DNA of 64,000 nt, taken from Mobula birostris. Its lineage: Eukaryota. The stretch covers positions 94,183,530-94,247,529 of the forward strand of contig NC_092380.1 of assembly GCF_030028105.1 (NCBI RefSeq). The letters are read 5' to 3'. Every line of letters starts with the position of its first letter. Positions within the stretch are counted from its first letter, which is position 1. A program made the translations under genes and the position numbers. The notes beneath the pieces were generated by a model. That model saw only the letters and a list, made by a program, of their open reading frames with translations, made no database searches and was not told the DNA's origin. Below, in pieces: positions 12,825 to 24,013 of the stretch.

Positions 12825-12983
12825 CTCTCTTTCAAGTTGCAGTCCTTCTGCCCGCAGATTCTTTTCGAAGGTGCTTCTTTTCTCTACATGCATATCTGAT
12901 TTTTTGTAGACCAAAATATAGTCAATCCTTTTCTTTCCATCTTTGAAGAACAGACTGTCTTCCAGTACCAAGTGGCCTTTATG
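12825..12983 (-). CDS. ANO3: Anoctamin-3 coding exon (exon 5 equivalent; start of anoctamin dimerisation domain), phase 0-0, 159 bp
   Basis: Acceptor TTGTTTCCTTTGTCCAG|CAT; donor GAG|GTCAGA. Encodes [53 protein letters not shown] ([14 protein letters not shown] and [11 protein letters not shown] as in ANO3). Confidence 0.95.
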
Positions 12984-13262
12984 CTGGACAAAGGAAACAA
13001 GATTCCTACTGTCAAATAACACTAAGAACAATCAGAACTGACCACTGCAAACAGAAAGTCGAAGGCACATAAGCCCCTTGATAATCCACAAATGATATTT
13101 TTTCATCGTTACCAGTTGGAATAATTTTGCAATTAGCCAAGAAGCTTAAACATTGATGTGATAAAAAGCAGAGTAAGCTTAACATCTTTGACAGTATAGA
13201 GATGGATTTTACATTTTCTTATAATTCAAAGTTTAAGTTTAAATTTTAAAGCAACTAACTAC

Positions 13263-13690
13263 CAAGGTACTTAAATGCCACTATATACTACCCTGTGATT
13301 CACTTTCTTGAGGACATTTACAGTAGATTCAAAGAAACACAAAAGAATCAATGAAAAACCACACAAACAAAGATGGACAAACGACCAATGTGCAAAAGAT
13401 GACAAATGGTGGAAATAGAAAAAAGCAGCAACAATAAATAAGTAATAAATAATATTGGGAACGTGAGTTGTAGAGTCGTTGAAAGTGAGTGGGTCCATAG
13501 GTTGTGGAATCATTTCAATATTGGGGTGAGTAAAGTTATCACCACTGGTTCAGGAGCCTGAAGCTTGAGGATTAATAAGTGTTCCAGACTTTGTGGTGTG
13601 GGACCTGAGGCTCATGAACCTCCTTCATGATGGCAGCAGTGAGGAGAGAGCATGGCCTGGATGCTGAGGGTCCTTTATGATGGCTGAATT
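13263..13690 (-). mobile_element. Rex1/Babar-like LINE 3' end
   Basis: Shared 3' block (AAGAAAGTGAATCACAGGGTAGTATAT), also seen at ~29000-29445, 30130-30620, 44085-44350 and 61200-61405. Confidence 0.6.
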
Positions 13691-14659
13691 CTATCTAAAT
13701 ATACCAACAGGAAATAAGTGACTCCTACAGGACTGCCATATTTGTCAGGTGGTTGCTATCGTGTTATTCGTTGCATTTTATAACAATTACCTTTGATCTG
13801 CATTTTGCCTTCATAGGTCATCCAAATGAGAAAATCCATCAAACAAATTACCAAAGCAAAGATGAAAATTATTTAACCATGACCTAATTTATTTTACTCC
13901 AACCAGATTTATCTTTAAATCACCAAGTTGTAATGAACTGGAATGCACTGACTGAAAGGATGGTAGAGGCAGATTCAATTGCCATTTTGATAAGTACTTC
14001 ACTGGCAAACTGTGAGAAAAGAAAAGGGAAAGGGTATCACTCAGGCTTTTGCTTCAAAGAGTTGATACAAGCAAGATGGGATTCTTGCTGTGATTCTTTG
14101 TCTCGTCAGCTCGGAGCTACACATTCTGTGGGAATGTTAATTGGAATGACAGAACTGCTGCACTGGTAGCTGGCACAGACGTGTGAGTAGATCTCGTTCT
14201 CTGCAGAGTAAGAGTAAGCCTCTGTGACCTTTTGCTACTTAATTAAACAGAAGGCCATCTGCATCCATTCCGGCTGCAGAAGAGCAATCCCATCAATCCA
14301 ATCACCACATCATGCAAACCCCACATATTTCTCTGCAACCCTCTACAAGTCCATCAACTCCCCTTTGATTATTTTGTCATTTATCTTTTGTGGAGATACC
14401 ATAGGGTTGCCAAATAATCCAATTCATTTTTTAAAATTACTATAAACCTAAAAAATGTTCTCATTACCTAGCCACTGACTAACCACTTATGTAAAGGCAA
14501 ATCAGTCTCACAACTTAACACATTTTTCTCCCTCAGGCCCTTTAACTTTTTTGCTCATAAAATACATGAGCCTTGCTGCACCTTTCTATATTAACCATTC
14601 CATGGATGTTGTGAGGCTGGTACAGTTAACAGCATCACAGTCCCTTTAGAGCAGAAACG

Positions 14660-14900
14660 AGGAAGAATTTAATTAGCCAGAAGGTGGTGAATCTGTGGAA
14701 ATCATTGCTGCAGATAGCCGTGTAGGCCAATGATTGGGTATATTTAAAGCGAAGGTTGATAGATTTTGATTAATAAGGGTGTCAAAAAATACAGGGTGAA
14801 GACAGGAGAATGGGGTTTGGGGAGATAATAAAACAGCCATGATTGAATGGTAGAGCAGATTCAATGGGCCAAACGGCCTAATTCTTCTCCTATCTCTTAG
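14660..14900 (+). mobile_element. CR1-like 3' end
   Basis: Typical 3' UTR ...GGCCAAACGGCCTAATTCTTCTCCTATCTC. Confidence 0.7.
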
Positions 14901-15574
14901 GATCAACTGTTGGCTAATACTTAAGCTTACAGTTTTGGAAGGTATACTATCAAATCTACTCCCTCCTTATCCACACTGGTATACTGACAAGGTTTAACAA
15001 CAGAAGTACCTAAATTATTAGATAATAGCTGAGGGCACATGAGGTAGAGCTTAACATTCGCTAATTTTTTTTAATTATCGCCACTGCTATCATATGAGAT
15101 GCAACTGCAACTATAAGCTTCAGATAGCCTCAGCGATTCAAACAACAGCACACTGCATCTGCTCTTCCTTCCAGCTTTGTTCCAGAACAATTCTACCTTT
15201 GTTACGTGAGACCTCCCTCATCTACTGTTTCCTACGGAAATGGACACTTAACTTGTAACTGCCAAATGAAGCAGAAGATTTGGTCGGTGTCATTTTGAAA
15301 TCTCTTACAATTTTGTTTTTGAGTCACAGCGCATCAAATTTTCACCTTTGAACTACGTTTGGGAACCCAACCCAGTTATATTCAGGGCACAGGGATTTCA
15401 TTTCCTTAAATACATAACTGAGAACATGTACACATGAAAATGGCTAATTTCAGGTCCTCTCTGTGACATGTGAGAAATGTTAACTATTTGCCCACCACAG
15501 CAGAAAAATAAATGAGTGGTGCTCATCCACCAGCTCTTTAGTCAACAGAGCACACATTGCCCCAACTGAGGCAA

Positions 15575-17250
15575 GCAACCATTCCATCAAGAGTGTCCTG
15601 ACCAGCTGCATCACCGTCTGGTATGGGAATTACATCAGATCGCGACCCTGCAGTGGATAGTGATGACAGCTGAAAACATCATTGGGGCCTTTATCCACTC
15701 CCACCACCCCAGCCCCATTCAGGACATATATCAAAAGTGCTGTATATGTAGTGCCTCCAGCATTGTCAAAGACTCCTCCCGTCTTTCCACAATCAATTTA
15801 ACCTCCTGCCATCAAGGAGAAGGTACTGCAGCATAGGAACCAGAACTGTTAAGCTGGATAACAGCTTTTTCCCTCAGGCTGTTAGACTTCTTATTACCCT
15901 GCTGCCACCCAGCACACACTTACACCCTGTCTGAATGCCCTGCCACACCTCCCAACCCCAGTCCATAAGACAAGGCCACAGTCTCATCCTGCTCTGGTCA
16001 CTTTTCATCTTTTATATGATTATACGGCTGCTTGTTTTATTGTAATAGTGTCACTTCTGATTTTTTCTAAATTTAAACATGATATAGTTTGGGAAACCCA
16101 CTGAAATGTAGTAGGGGGTTGGTCTCTTTCCAATTCAATAAAATGGATCTTCTGGCCATTGGTGTAACAAATGCAATCATCCGAAGGGCTGAAGAGGATA
16201 AAGATCTATGTTCTGTCATTGGCAAACCAAAAATTGCTGTAACAGCTGTAAATTGCTGTAAATCAAAATGCAAAACTGTTGAAATAATAACAAAAATATC
16301 TTCCCAAAATTTTTCCAAGCGAGGGCAGGACCAGGACATATGAGACGAAGAAGCCACCCCAGAGTGACATCTCTCACAAATAGGATTTATATGGGAGTAA
16401 AAAACGAGCCAGTTTATCTTTGGACATGTGAGCCCTATGCACTACCTTAAATTGTATCAGCATATGTTTAGCACATATAGAGGAAGAGCTAACCTATTGA
16501 AAGATTTTTTTCCCATTTCTCTATAGGCAGGCGAAGTTGAAGTTCCCTTCCCCATTCATTTTTGATTTTATCAGATATACCTGGCTGTATTTTCATAATT
16601 GTATCATAAATAATTGCTATTAATCCCATCTGATAAGGATTTAAACCTAAAGTTTTGTCTACGATATCAGTAGAGTGTGAAATCGGAAACGTAGGCAACA
16701 TTGTATTTAAAAAGTTTCTTATTTGTAAATACCTAAAAAAAATGGGATCTGGGCAAGTTATATTTATTAGATAACTGTTCAAAAGACATGAAACAGTTAT
16801 TAAGAAATAAATCACGGAAACATGTTATACCCTTCATTTTCCATATCAAACAGACTTAATCCATAATCGAGGGTTGGAAAAACGATTGGATATAACAGAG
16901 CTTGATAATACGAATTTGTTCAAACCAAAAAATTTGATTGGAATTGAATGAAACTGGAACCATATTCGTAATGTATGTTTAATTATTGGATTAACCAATT
17001 GTTTATTCAATTTAGAAAATAGAAAGGGAAGTGAAGTTCCTAAAATAGAAACCAATGAAAACCCTTGTACAGAGTAGTAATAGTGTCAGTAACATTACAC
17101 TGTCTTATATAAACAGACAACTTGCACTTTATGTCAACCTGTCAATCTTGCAGCCTTGTCCCTCAGGGACTTGTGTTGATATTATTTTGTGACTAAATGT
17201 GCGGATCGTAACTATATGTGCTTGCGTGACTCAATGTACTGTGTTTCCAA
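15575..17250 (+). mobile_element. Rex1/Babar-like LINE 3' fragment, interrupted by an L1 piece
   Basis: IKSVLTSCITVWYGN and LLPSRRRY..RT..L.NSFFPQAVRLL motifs. Confidence 0.7.
16054..17076 (-). mobile_element. L1-clade ORF2 C-terminal fragment with 12-bp TSD
   Basis: FFRYLQIRNF and C..C...HM.WSCP.L..FW zinc knuckle; GTAATAGTGTCA at 16042-16053 and 17077-17088. Confidence 0.85.
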
Positions 17251-17955
17251 GCTTCAAGATTGTTCAATGTAATTTCCAGTACACTAGTGTAAAGGAGAAT
17301 AAAGGAATTGTTACACACACAAAATGCTAGAGGAACTCAGCAGGCCAGATAGCATCTATGGAAAAGAGTACAGTCGACATTTCTGCTTAAGATAACGAAC
17401 ACAATGATTACAAGAAGCACACAAATATAAATACACAAGATATACACAGCTAGATTTTATGTCCATAATGTGACGCTAAGCTCACGAGTATCTGTACAAA
17501 AACGTGACTGACAGGAAATGATAGAATAGTGGTGGCTGGGGGTGTGCAGGGTAGGATTAGTAGGTGGAGGTGTTGATCAGACTTACTGCTTGAGAAAGTA
17601 ATTATTTTTGAGTCTGGTGCAAGCCTTCTCCCTAATGGGAGTGGGACCAACAGTCCATGAGCGGGGTGGGTAACCTCCATGATGTTTTTTCTGACACCTT
17701 TCTATACTTTTTGCTCCTTGACCCAGAGGAATACTGTTTCTTTTCTCTATATACATGTGAATGGTTGAATGACAATAAACTTGAAGTTGAACTTGATTTG
17801 GAACTCTTCATTCATTTTTCCTGGCTGATATGCAACTACTTCACCTTGGAAGATAAATGTGAGTACCACATGACTGACAGATGATGGGAAATTGCACTGT
17901 CAGAGCTAAGTACCTAAGGCAAAGAATCATGTGTTGCCCATTAACCTATGACAAC

Positions 17956-18837
17956 TGTTATGAACCAGCAGCAACAGACCACGGACTCTGCTTTTAATAT
18001 TAAATGAATATATTTTCAATACCACCCCAAAATATAGACATTTGAACAGATTTAAACAGATTACTTCCCTAACAACAAAGAAAACGGAAACAGTTTACTG
18101 CCTCTTAGCTCACAAATTGTGGAGGTTTAGAAACAGTTCTTCCCACGTCTTAGGATGGCAACCCAGAAGGTTTCCAAAGCTACGGGAGCAGGTATAGGTG
18201 TCTGTAAGGAAGGGTTCTAAAATACACGTTAAATTGACAAAGAGGTCGATCACGGGAAAATTCCAGGGGACAAGTGATCGTCACCTTCACACTGCGACCA
18301 CACAGGGAAAGCAAAGCAACAGTCACAGAAGGTTCCAGATGTCGAGTAGACGTCACTTAAAAACTGGAGTCCATGTGGGAGCAACAAAGTAAAGCCTAAA
18401 TTCCAAAATCCATGTAAGGATATCTCAAGGCGACAGTCACGGAATATTCGTTAACACGAGTGGTCGCCACATAACACACCCGAATCCATTCTTGGATTAA
18501 CAACAAATGGTCGCCACAGAATACTCCAGAAATCCATGTATGGATCATACAAAGTGACAGTCATGTATCCAATATGCACTGTGTGCCATTAATTTTCATA
18601 ACCCCCTGGACATGGAGAAATATTAGGATCGCCTACTACTGTAGTGGACTCTTTAACTAACTCCATCCAGCACGCTCTCCCACTGGCAGCTCACAGTCCG
18701 TGCTCCAGCGTAGCTACTGAAATTTCCAGAAAACTCCTGATTTGAATCGAAGAACCCTTCCCGTTTGTTATATGACGTCATCCCCCACGCACTTAAATGA
18801 CGCTTACGTTTAATCAAAGCAACGGTAACATGTAACA
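17956..18837 (-). mobile_element. Solo LTR (882 bp)
   Basis: TGTTA...TAACA termini; 4-bp TSD CAAC (17952-17955, 18838-18841). On the minus strand, CRE+TATAA lies near the 5' end and ATTAAA near the 3' end. Confidence 0.8.
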
Positions 18838-18959
18838 CAACAAAACAGGAACATTTTATTCTTCAAATCAGAAGCAATGGACCATCCACAATTCCACAGT
18901 TTGCTTCATTGTTGGACCTCACGGCAGCTCATTGAAGGCCAAATCCTTTTTATACAAAA

Positions 18960-19590
18960 GCAGATTGAGTCAGTGGTGAGGAAGGCAAATGCTCTAATTT
19001 TGAGAGGACTAGAATATAAAAGCAAGGATATAATGTTGAGGTGCTATAAGGCATTGGTCAAACTGCACTTAGAGCACTGTGAGCAATTTCAGCTCCTTGT
19101 TTAAGAAAGAATACACTGACATTGGAGAGGGTCCAGAGGAGGTTCACAAGAATGAATCTAGGAATGGAACGGCTAATGTCTAAGGAGTGTTTGAGTCTCT
19201 GGCCCTGTACTTGCTGGAGTTTAGAAGAATGAGAAGGGATCTCACTGAAACCTATCGAATATTAAAAGGCCAAGATACAGCAGACTTGGAGAAGATGCTT
19301 CCTATAGTGGAGGTGTCAGGACCAGAGGCACAGAATCCAAATAGTAGGACACTTCTTTAGAACAGAGATGAGGAGCAATTTCATTAGTCAGAGGGTGGTG
19401 AATCTATGAAATTCATTGAAGCCAAGACATGTATTTGAAGTGGAGGTTGATAGTTTCTTGATTAGTAAGGCAACAAAGGGAGAAGGCAGATGAATGGGGT
19501 TGAGAAAGATAATAAATCAGCCATGATGGAATTGCAGAGCAGACATGATAGGTCAAATGGTCTAAGTTTTTTCCTACGTCTTATTGTCTT
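18960..19590 (+). mobile_element. CR1-like LINE 3' fragment
   Basis: VRKANA..RGLEYKSKDIMLR.YKALV..HLE.C.QF. Confidence 0.8.
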
Positions 19591-19689
19591 AAAATGGACC
19601 AGCCTTTCTCATTAATGTCTGCTCCTGCATTTGTAACCATTTTTGCATATGAGTGATACAACACGTGTGTGTGAGTGCACACAAGTGAT

Positions 19690-19940
19690 GAGGGTGGTGC
19701 ACACAGTACAGCTATTAGCTGCTCGCCCACAGTGCCAGAGCACCAAGTTCAATCTCATTGTGGGTGCTCCCTATGTTAAGCATGAATGGGGGTTTCCTCT
19801 ATTTGCTCCAATTTTCTCCCACATCACAGCGACATGTGGGACGGTAGGTTAGTTGGCCATAGTAAACTGTGGGAGAAATGGGGAAGTAATAAGAATGTGG
19901 AGAGATTTTTAAAGCAAGTAAGATTATTGTAGGATTAGTG
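19690..19940 (+). mobile_element. Decayed tRNA-derived V-SINE-like element (relatives on the minus strand near 44880-45120, 47410-47670 and 62700-62960)
   Basis: B-box-like GTTCAATC and V-domain-like GGGTTTCCTC...TGCTCC...TTCTCCCACA. Confidence 0.55.
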
Positions 19941-19941
19941 T

Positions 19942-20730
19942 AGATGGCACTAAACAGCGACTCCTTTGTTTGCATCTTTTGAAACAGCTCAATTTCCATC
20001 TTTAATATCTTTATTTTTCCCCTTTTAGGGTTTTTTTTGAGGACCCTGACCTGGAGTTACACGCTGACTTCAGTTCTTTGCAGGAATGGGACCCGTTCTC
20101 AGGGTTCCAGGACTGGCCGTTGTTTGGCATGCCAAAGGTTCGGCCTGAGAGTCCAGCTTGAACTGGGAAGCCCAACATTTCGGGGCTCTAGAGACAGGCG
20201 GATCGAGGGTCGGTGTCACGGCAGGAGATCCGTGTGTTGTCAGGGGAGTCCGGATATCAGCTGTGGGTGCGAAGACCCAGGATCTTAGAGACCTTCAGGC
20301 ACAGAGCTCGAAAAAAGGAACAGAACGGACTTAAAACATCATAAATCAATGAGTTGCTTATTATATTTCTCTGCTTGCTGGGAAAATGGAGACACCTTTT
20401 TCTCCCCTATTGGAGAGAGAGAGAGAGAGAATCTGCGGTATGTCGAATGCCGAGTGTAACGCCAAGCCTTTGGGGTAATTGCAAGTCTCTGTCATTGCTA
20501 TTGCTTTACTCACACTTGAGTGCTCGGTGACGGTGCTAATGCTTGCTTTTTTTTTTGCCCATGGGGGGGGGAAGGGGGATTGTTGCTCGCTGCTGCTTAT
20601 GTACGGGAGAGGATCTGGGGGGGCACTTTGAGGTTCTTCCATTTATCTGTCGTTCATTTTTTGGGGCACTTCTCTGTTTTCGGGGATGTTTGCAAAGGAA
20701 GAGCAATTCAGGATGTATATTGTATACATA
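19942..20730 (+). mobile_element. ~800-bp non-coding retroposon, copy 1 (3'-truncated)
   Basis: Collinear similarity to 34942-35736 and 45958-46791; starts AGATGGCAC. Confidence 0.75.
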
Positions 20731-22437
20731 ACATAGTATGATAATTGTGTGTATGTTGTGGTAAAGCAAGGGTTAAAGACAACATTCAGGTGAGGATGAC
20801 TGCAGTGGTGTGTAGTCAAACCCAGACAAGGGAAACCTTTGAAGTGAGACTGCCAGAGCCAAATTTGCTTACTGCAGTAGACAGGTGAGAAGGACTACAG
20901 CAGTGTGTAATCAATCAAGAAGAATACAGTTTCTCTTTACACAGTAAACGGTGCCAGAGACAAATGAGATAGGAATAATGGAAGGATGTGAAATACACCC
21001 AACATCTAAGGGACAATTGTTCTACCAACTTCAAAATATCGTCAGTTATCGGCTTGAAGTTTCAATTGACTTTTAACATCTCTATTGTGAATGGCTATTG
21101 ATCTTGCAAGTAAGGAATTCAAACATATATAATTTATCAAATGGTCAATATCCATAAATGATGAGCAAATTCTGTATAAAAATAGCAGTTATTTGTTCAG
21201 ACTTCAGAACAGTGTGGGTGACAGGGGCTATGCTGTTCTCCTTGTGCACAAGTAAATTAAATTATGTTTGAGTCGAAAGAGTAAGTGGATTCTGGGCCCC
21301 ATTATTTTAGTTATTTTATTTTATATTGGCAACGATAACTGTGTGCAACAGAGCATTACTCTACAAAGGAGAACCATCATACTGAAAAATCATGATGTAT
21401 CGATCCGTCAAAGGAAGTTAATAATGACTGAAGAGGCTGAGAAGTAGAATTTCTTACCTGTTGGTAGGCAGCTTCAATAGGCAGACCGTCTCTTAGCAAG
21501 AAAATCCAAACCCTGATCAACAGCTGGTTCACAATAATATATTTACATCAAGTGTACAAGCCAGTCATTTGTTCAATCACTTCTGCAAAGCTGTCTAGGC
21601 TTTGAGAATACAGTAGCTTAACTAAAAACTTTATTCACTCTACGTGAATGTTTGCTTATATGCTCCTTTTTGCTTTGAACACAATTATTTTGTTTTGCCA
21701 GAATGTCTCCTATGTGTCTGCACATGAGGCTCTTGGATTGAGATGGTCTTCAATCAGATAAACATGGGGGATGAAATAACCTCTGTTTAGTGTTTCTACA
21801 AGAGTACTAAACCAGGCATGCAGACGCTGTTATGCACATTTCTCATTCCAGACATATCATACTGCTGAGTAATGGGGCTTTTTCCCAATTTCCCAAGGGG
21901 CTACAGCTGAGTGACAGGAGCCAGAATACCAACGCAATTTTGAAATTCTATAACTATTTTTCAAAAACTCTTGAGCACAAACATTTTTTCTTTACTTTAC
22001 TTCATCCAGTTGATTCATAATGCAGCACTCTTTTGCGCATTTCCCAAGCAGCAGTAAACATCTAGTCATCAAAGAGGCAGCTAGCTGGTAGGTTTAATCA
22101 AAATTCCTCTCATCTTTGCTAGACTTTGAAAGGGCAAAGTACAAATCAATGAAGATTATGAAAGGCAGACAATGGAGCAACAAAAATAGAACACAAAAAC
22201 TAGTAATATGGTTGCAAAAGATGAAACAGTTGGAACAAGAAACAAATGGAATGCAAATTCGATAGACTTAATCAAGGACGAAAAATCTACTCATTCAAAA
22301 AAGTAAAAATATACATCAATATTCTTTGCTTGATTTAAGCTTATTACAGCAAAATCAGAAAGGAAGAGCAGTGTTGTTGCAGTTGGAATACCTACAGAAT
22401 TATGAAAAATATTATATGAATTTGCAGAAAATAATAC

Positions 22438-22565
22438 CTTCTGTTTGTCATTAGAAACTTCCAAATAATCTTGATTTGATGGGGTCTGGAGGAGAAAGAT
22501 ATGATCAGTCTGAGAATCATATGTTCTTTGTTCAGATTCTATTGTACTCCACTCTTTATCTTCAT
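22438..22565 (-). CDS. ANO3: Anoctamin-3 coding exon (exon 4 equivalent), phase 1-0, 128 bp
   Basis: Acceptor CTGTCCTCTTCCAG|AT; donor AAG|GTATTA. Open frame DEDKEWSTIESEQRTYDSQTDHIFLLQTPSNQDYLEVSNDKQK, resembling ANO3 KDKDY..ESEH.TYD. Phase fits the next exon. Confidence 0.8.
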
Positions 22566-22997
22566 CTGGAAGAGGACAGAAATAGTGCTTTCAATTAAGG
22601 TGTGGAGACAAACAAAATGGAACACATTTTACACACAGTTGCAAAACCAGAAATGAGCACAGGAATCTCTCTTGCTTGAGATCTGAAATTAATTCTTATT
22701 TTCTGGAATCTAAGTAAATGCTGCTTACTCTCCACATTTGTTGTTGATGGTTTGATTACATGGACTGTCATTAGCTTTGAGAGCACACATATTTTTTGTT
22801 ATGCAAATACTCCATCCTAATAAAACAATTGGCCAAAATACACATCACACTTACACACCATTGAGTATGAAAACATGCTTATAAATTGTAATGATTTCTG
22901 AGTGCTAGATATACTTACTCCATGACCTATTGAAAAATTAAAATATTCCCCTCAGCCAATTACCTGTGGCCAGTACAATCCACCCTCTTCAACTGCA

Positions 22998-23193
22998 ACA
23001 CACATAAAGGTTGCTGGTGAATGCAGCAGGCCAGGCAGCATTTCTAGGAAGAGGTACAGTCGACGCTTCGGGCCGAGACCCTTCGTCAGGACTAACTGAA
23101 AGAAGGGCTAGTAAGAGAATGCTGCGTTCACCAGCAACTTTTATGTGTTGCTTGAATTTCCAGCATCTGCAGATTTCCTCGTGTTTGCGTTTT
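22998..23193. mobile_element. Mini inverted Penelope-like insertion with TSD
   Basis: TCTTCAACTGCA at 22986-22997 and 23194-23205; two oppositely oriented PLE ends; decayed hammerhead at 23058-23093. Confidence 0.85.
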
Positions 23194-23231
23194 TCTTCAA
23201 CTGCAGCTTGCTACAAGACTAATCATTGATA

Positions 23232-23312
23232 CAGGGGTTCCCTACCTGGGGTATACTGACCCCCTTGTTTAATGGTATTAGTCCCGGGCATAAAAAAGCT
23301 TGGGAATTCCTA
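23232..23312 (+). mobile_element. ~80-bp hAT (Charlie/Buster-type) MITE
   Basis: Terminal repeats CAGGGGTTCCC / TTGGGAATTCCTA; degenerate 8-bp TSD CATTGATA/CACTGAAA. A related inverted copy lies at 61088-61167. Confidence 0.6.
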
Positions 23313-23899
23313 CACTGAAAGATCCACTATAGATTGTAGACATTCTTATGTTAAGCAAAAGTAGCTCTGAGGATGCTAGTAGTGTTGAAGGCTATCTCAA
23401 ATACATCACTCAGATGGAAATTTTCAATTTATGTTGGATTACTGTTGAAGAATTATTTGACAGTGTATTCACGTAATCATAACTAAGCCTTAAAGCACTG
23501 AATGTACCATGGCTCACAAAAGCTTTCATAATAAGTTGTGCAAAAGGAAGAGTCTTGAACTGCACCAGTCATAAATTTGCCTATTTGCAGACATTATCTA
23601 GGTTTTTTTTAATCATGATTACTCATTTAGGTGTAATGATCCTTTTAAATCAAATTAATTTGCAAACTATTCATTTTCATTAGGTTTCTAATTCAAAGTC
23701 TACACTGGATTGAACTATGAAGGAGCCAACATTAGGCATTAGGAGACAGCATTCTGAATATGCCACGTTTTGATCATTTCAATTCGTCAAACTGCAACAG
23801 AAACACTGATTTTACCTGTTGAGAATTTTCAGTTATTTCGTGTAACTCTCTCAATACTATATGTAATGACCAAGGTGAGTAATTTAAAGCAGAGATTAC

Positions 23900-24013
23900 C
23901 TAAGGGAACAATGCATTCAACAACAGATTCTTGTGGCCAAAGTCTGGAATGGGTCTGCTCCGAGGAACTGTAAACCATAGCGTTATCACCTGAACCAGAC
24001 TTTGGAGTCATAT
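23900..24013 (-). CDS. ANO3: Probable anoctamin-3 coding exon (exon 3 equivalent), phase 1-1, 114 bp
   Basis: Strong acceptor TTTTTCTTCTAATTTTGCAG|AT and donor TTAG|GTAATC. Open frame DMTPKSGSGDNAMVYSSSEQTHSRLWPQESVVECIVPL, with phases that join the flanking exons. Protein similarity is weak (variable N-terminus). Confidence 0.65.

Noticed and set aside
12984-13031. ORF-track extension upstream of the 159-bp exon
   Set aside because: This is the polypyrimidine tract and acceptor; it is intronic.
18400-18570. Spaced repeats superficially like a CRISPR array
   Set aside because: Diverged tandem units inside a eukaryotic solo LTR; no constant repeat/unique spacer pattern and no cas genes.
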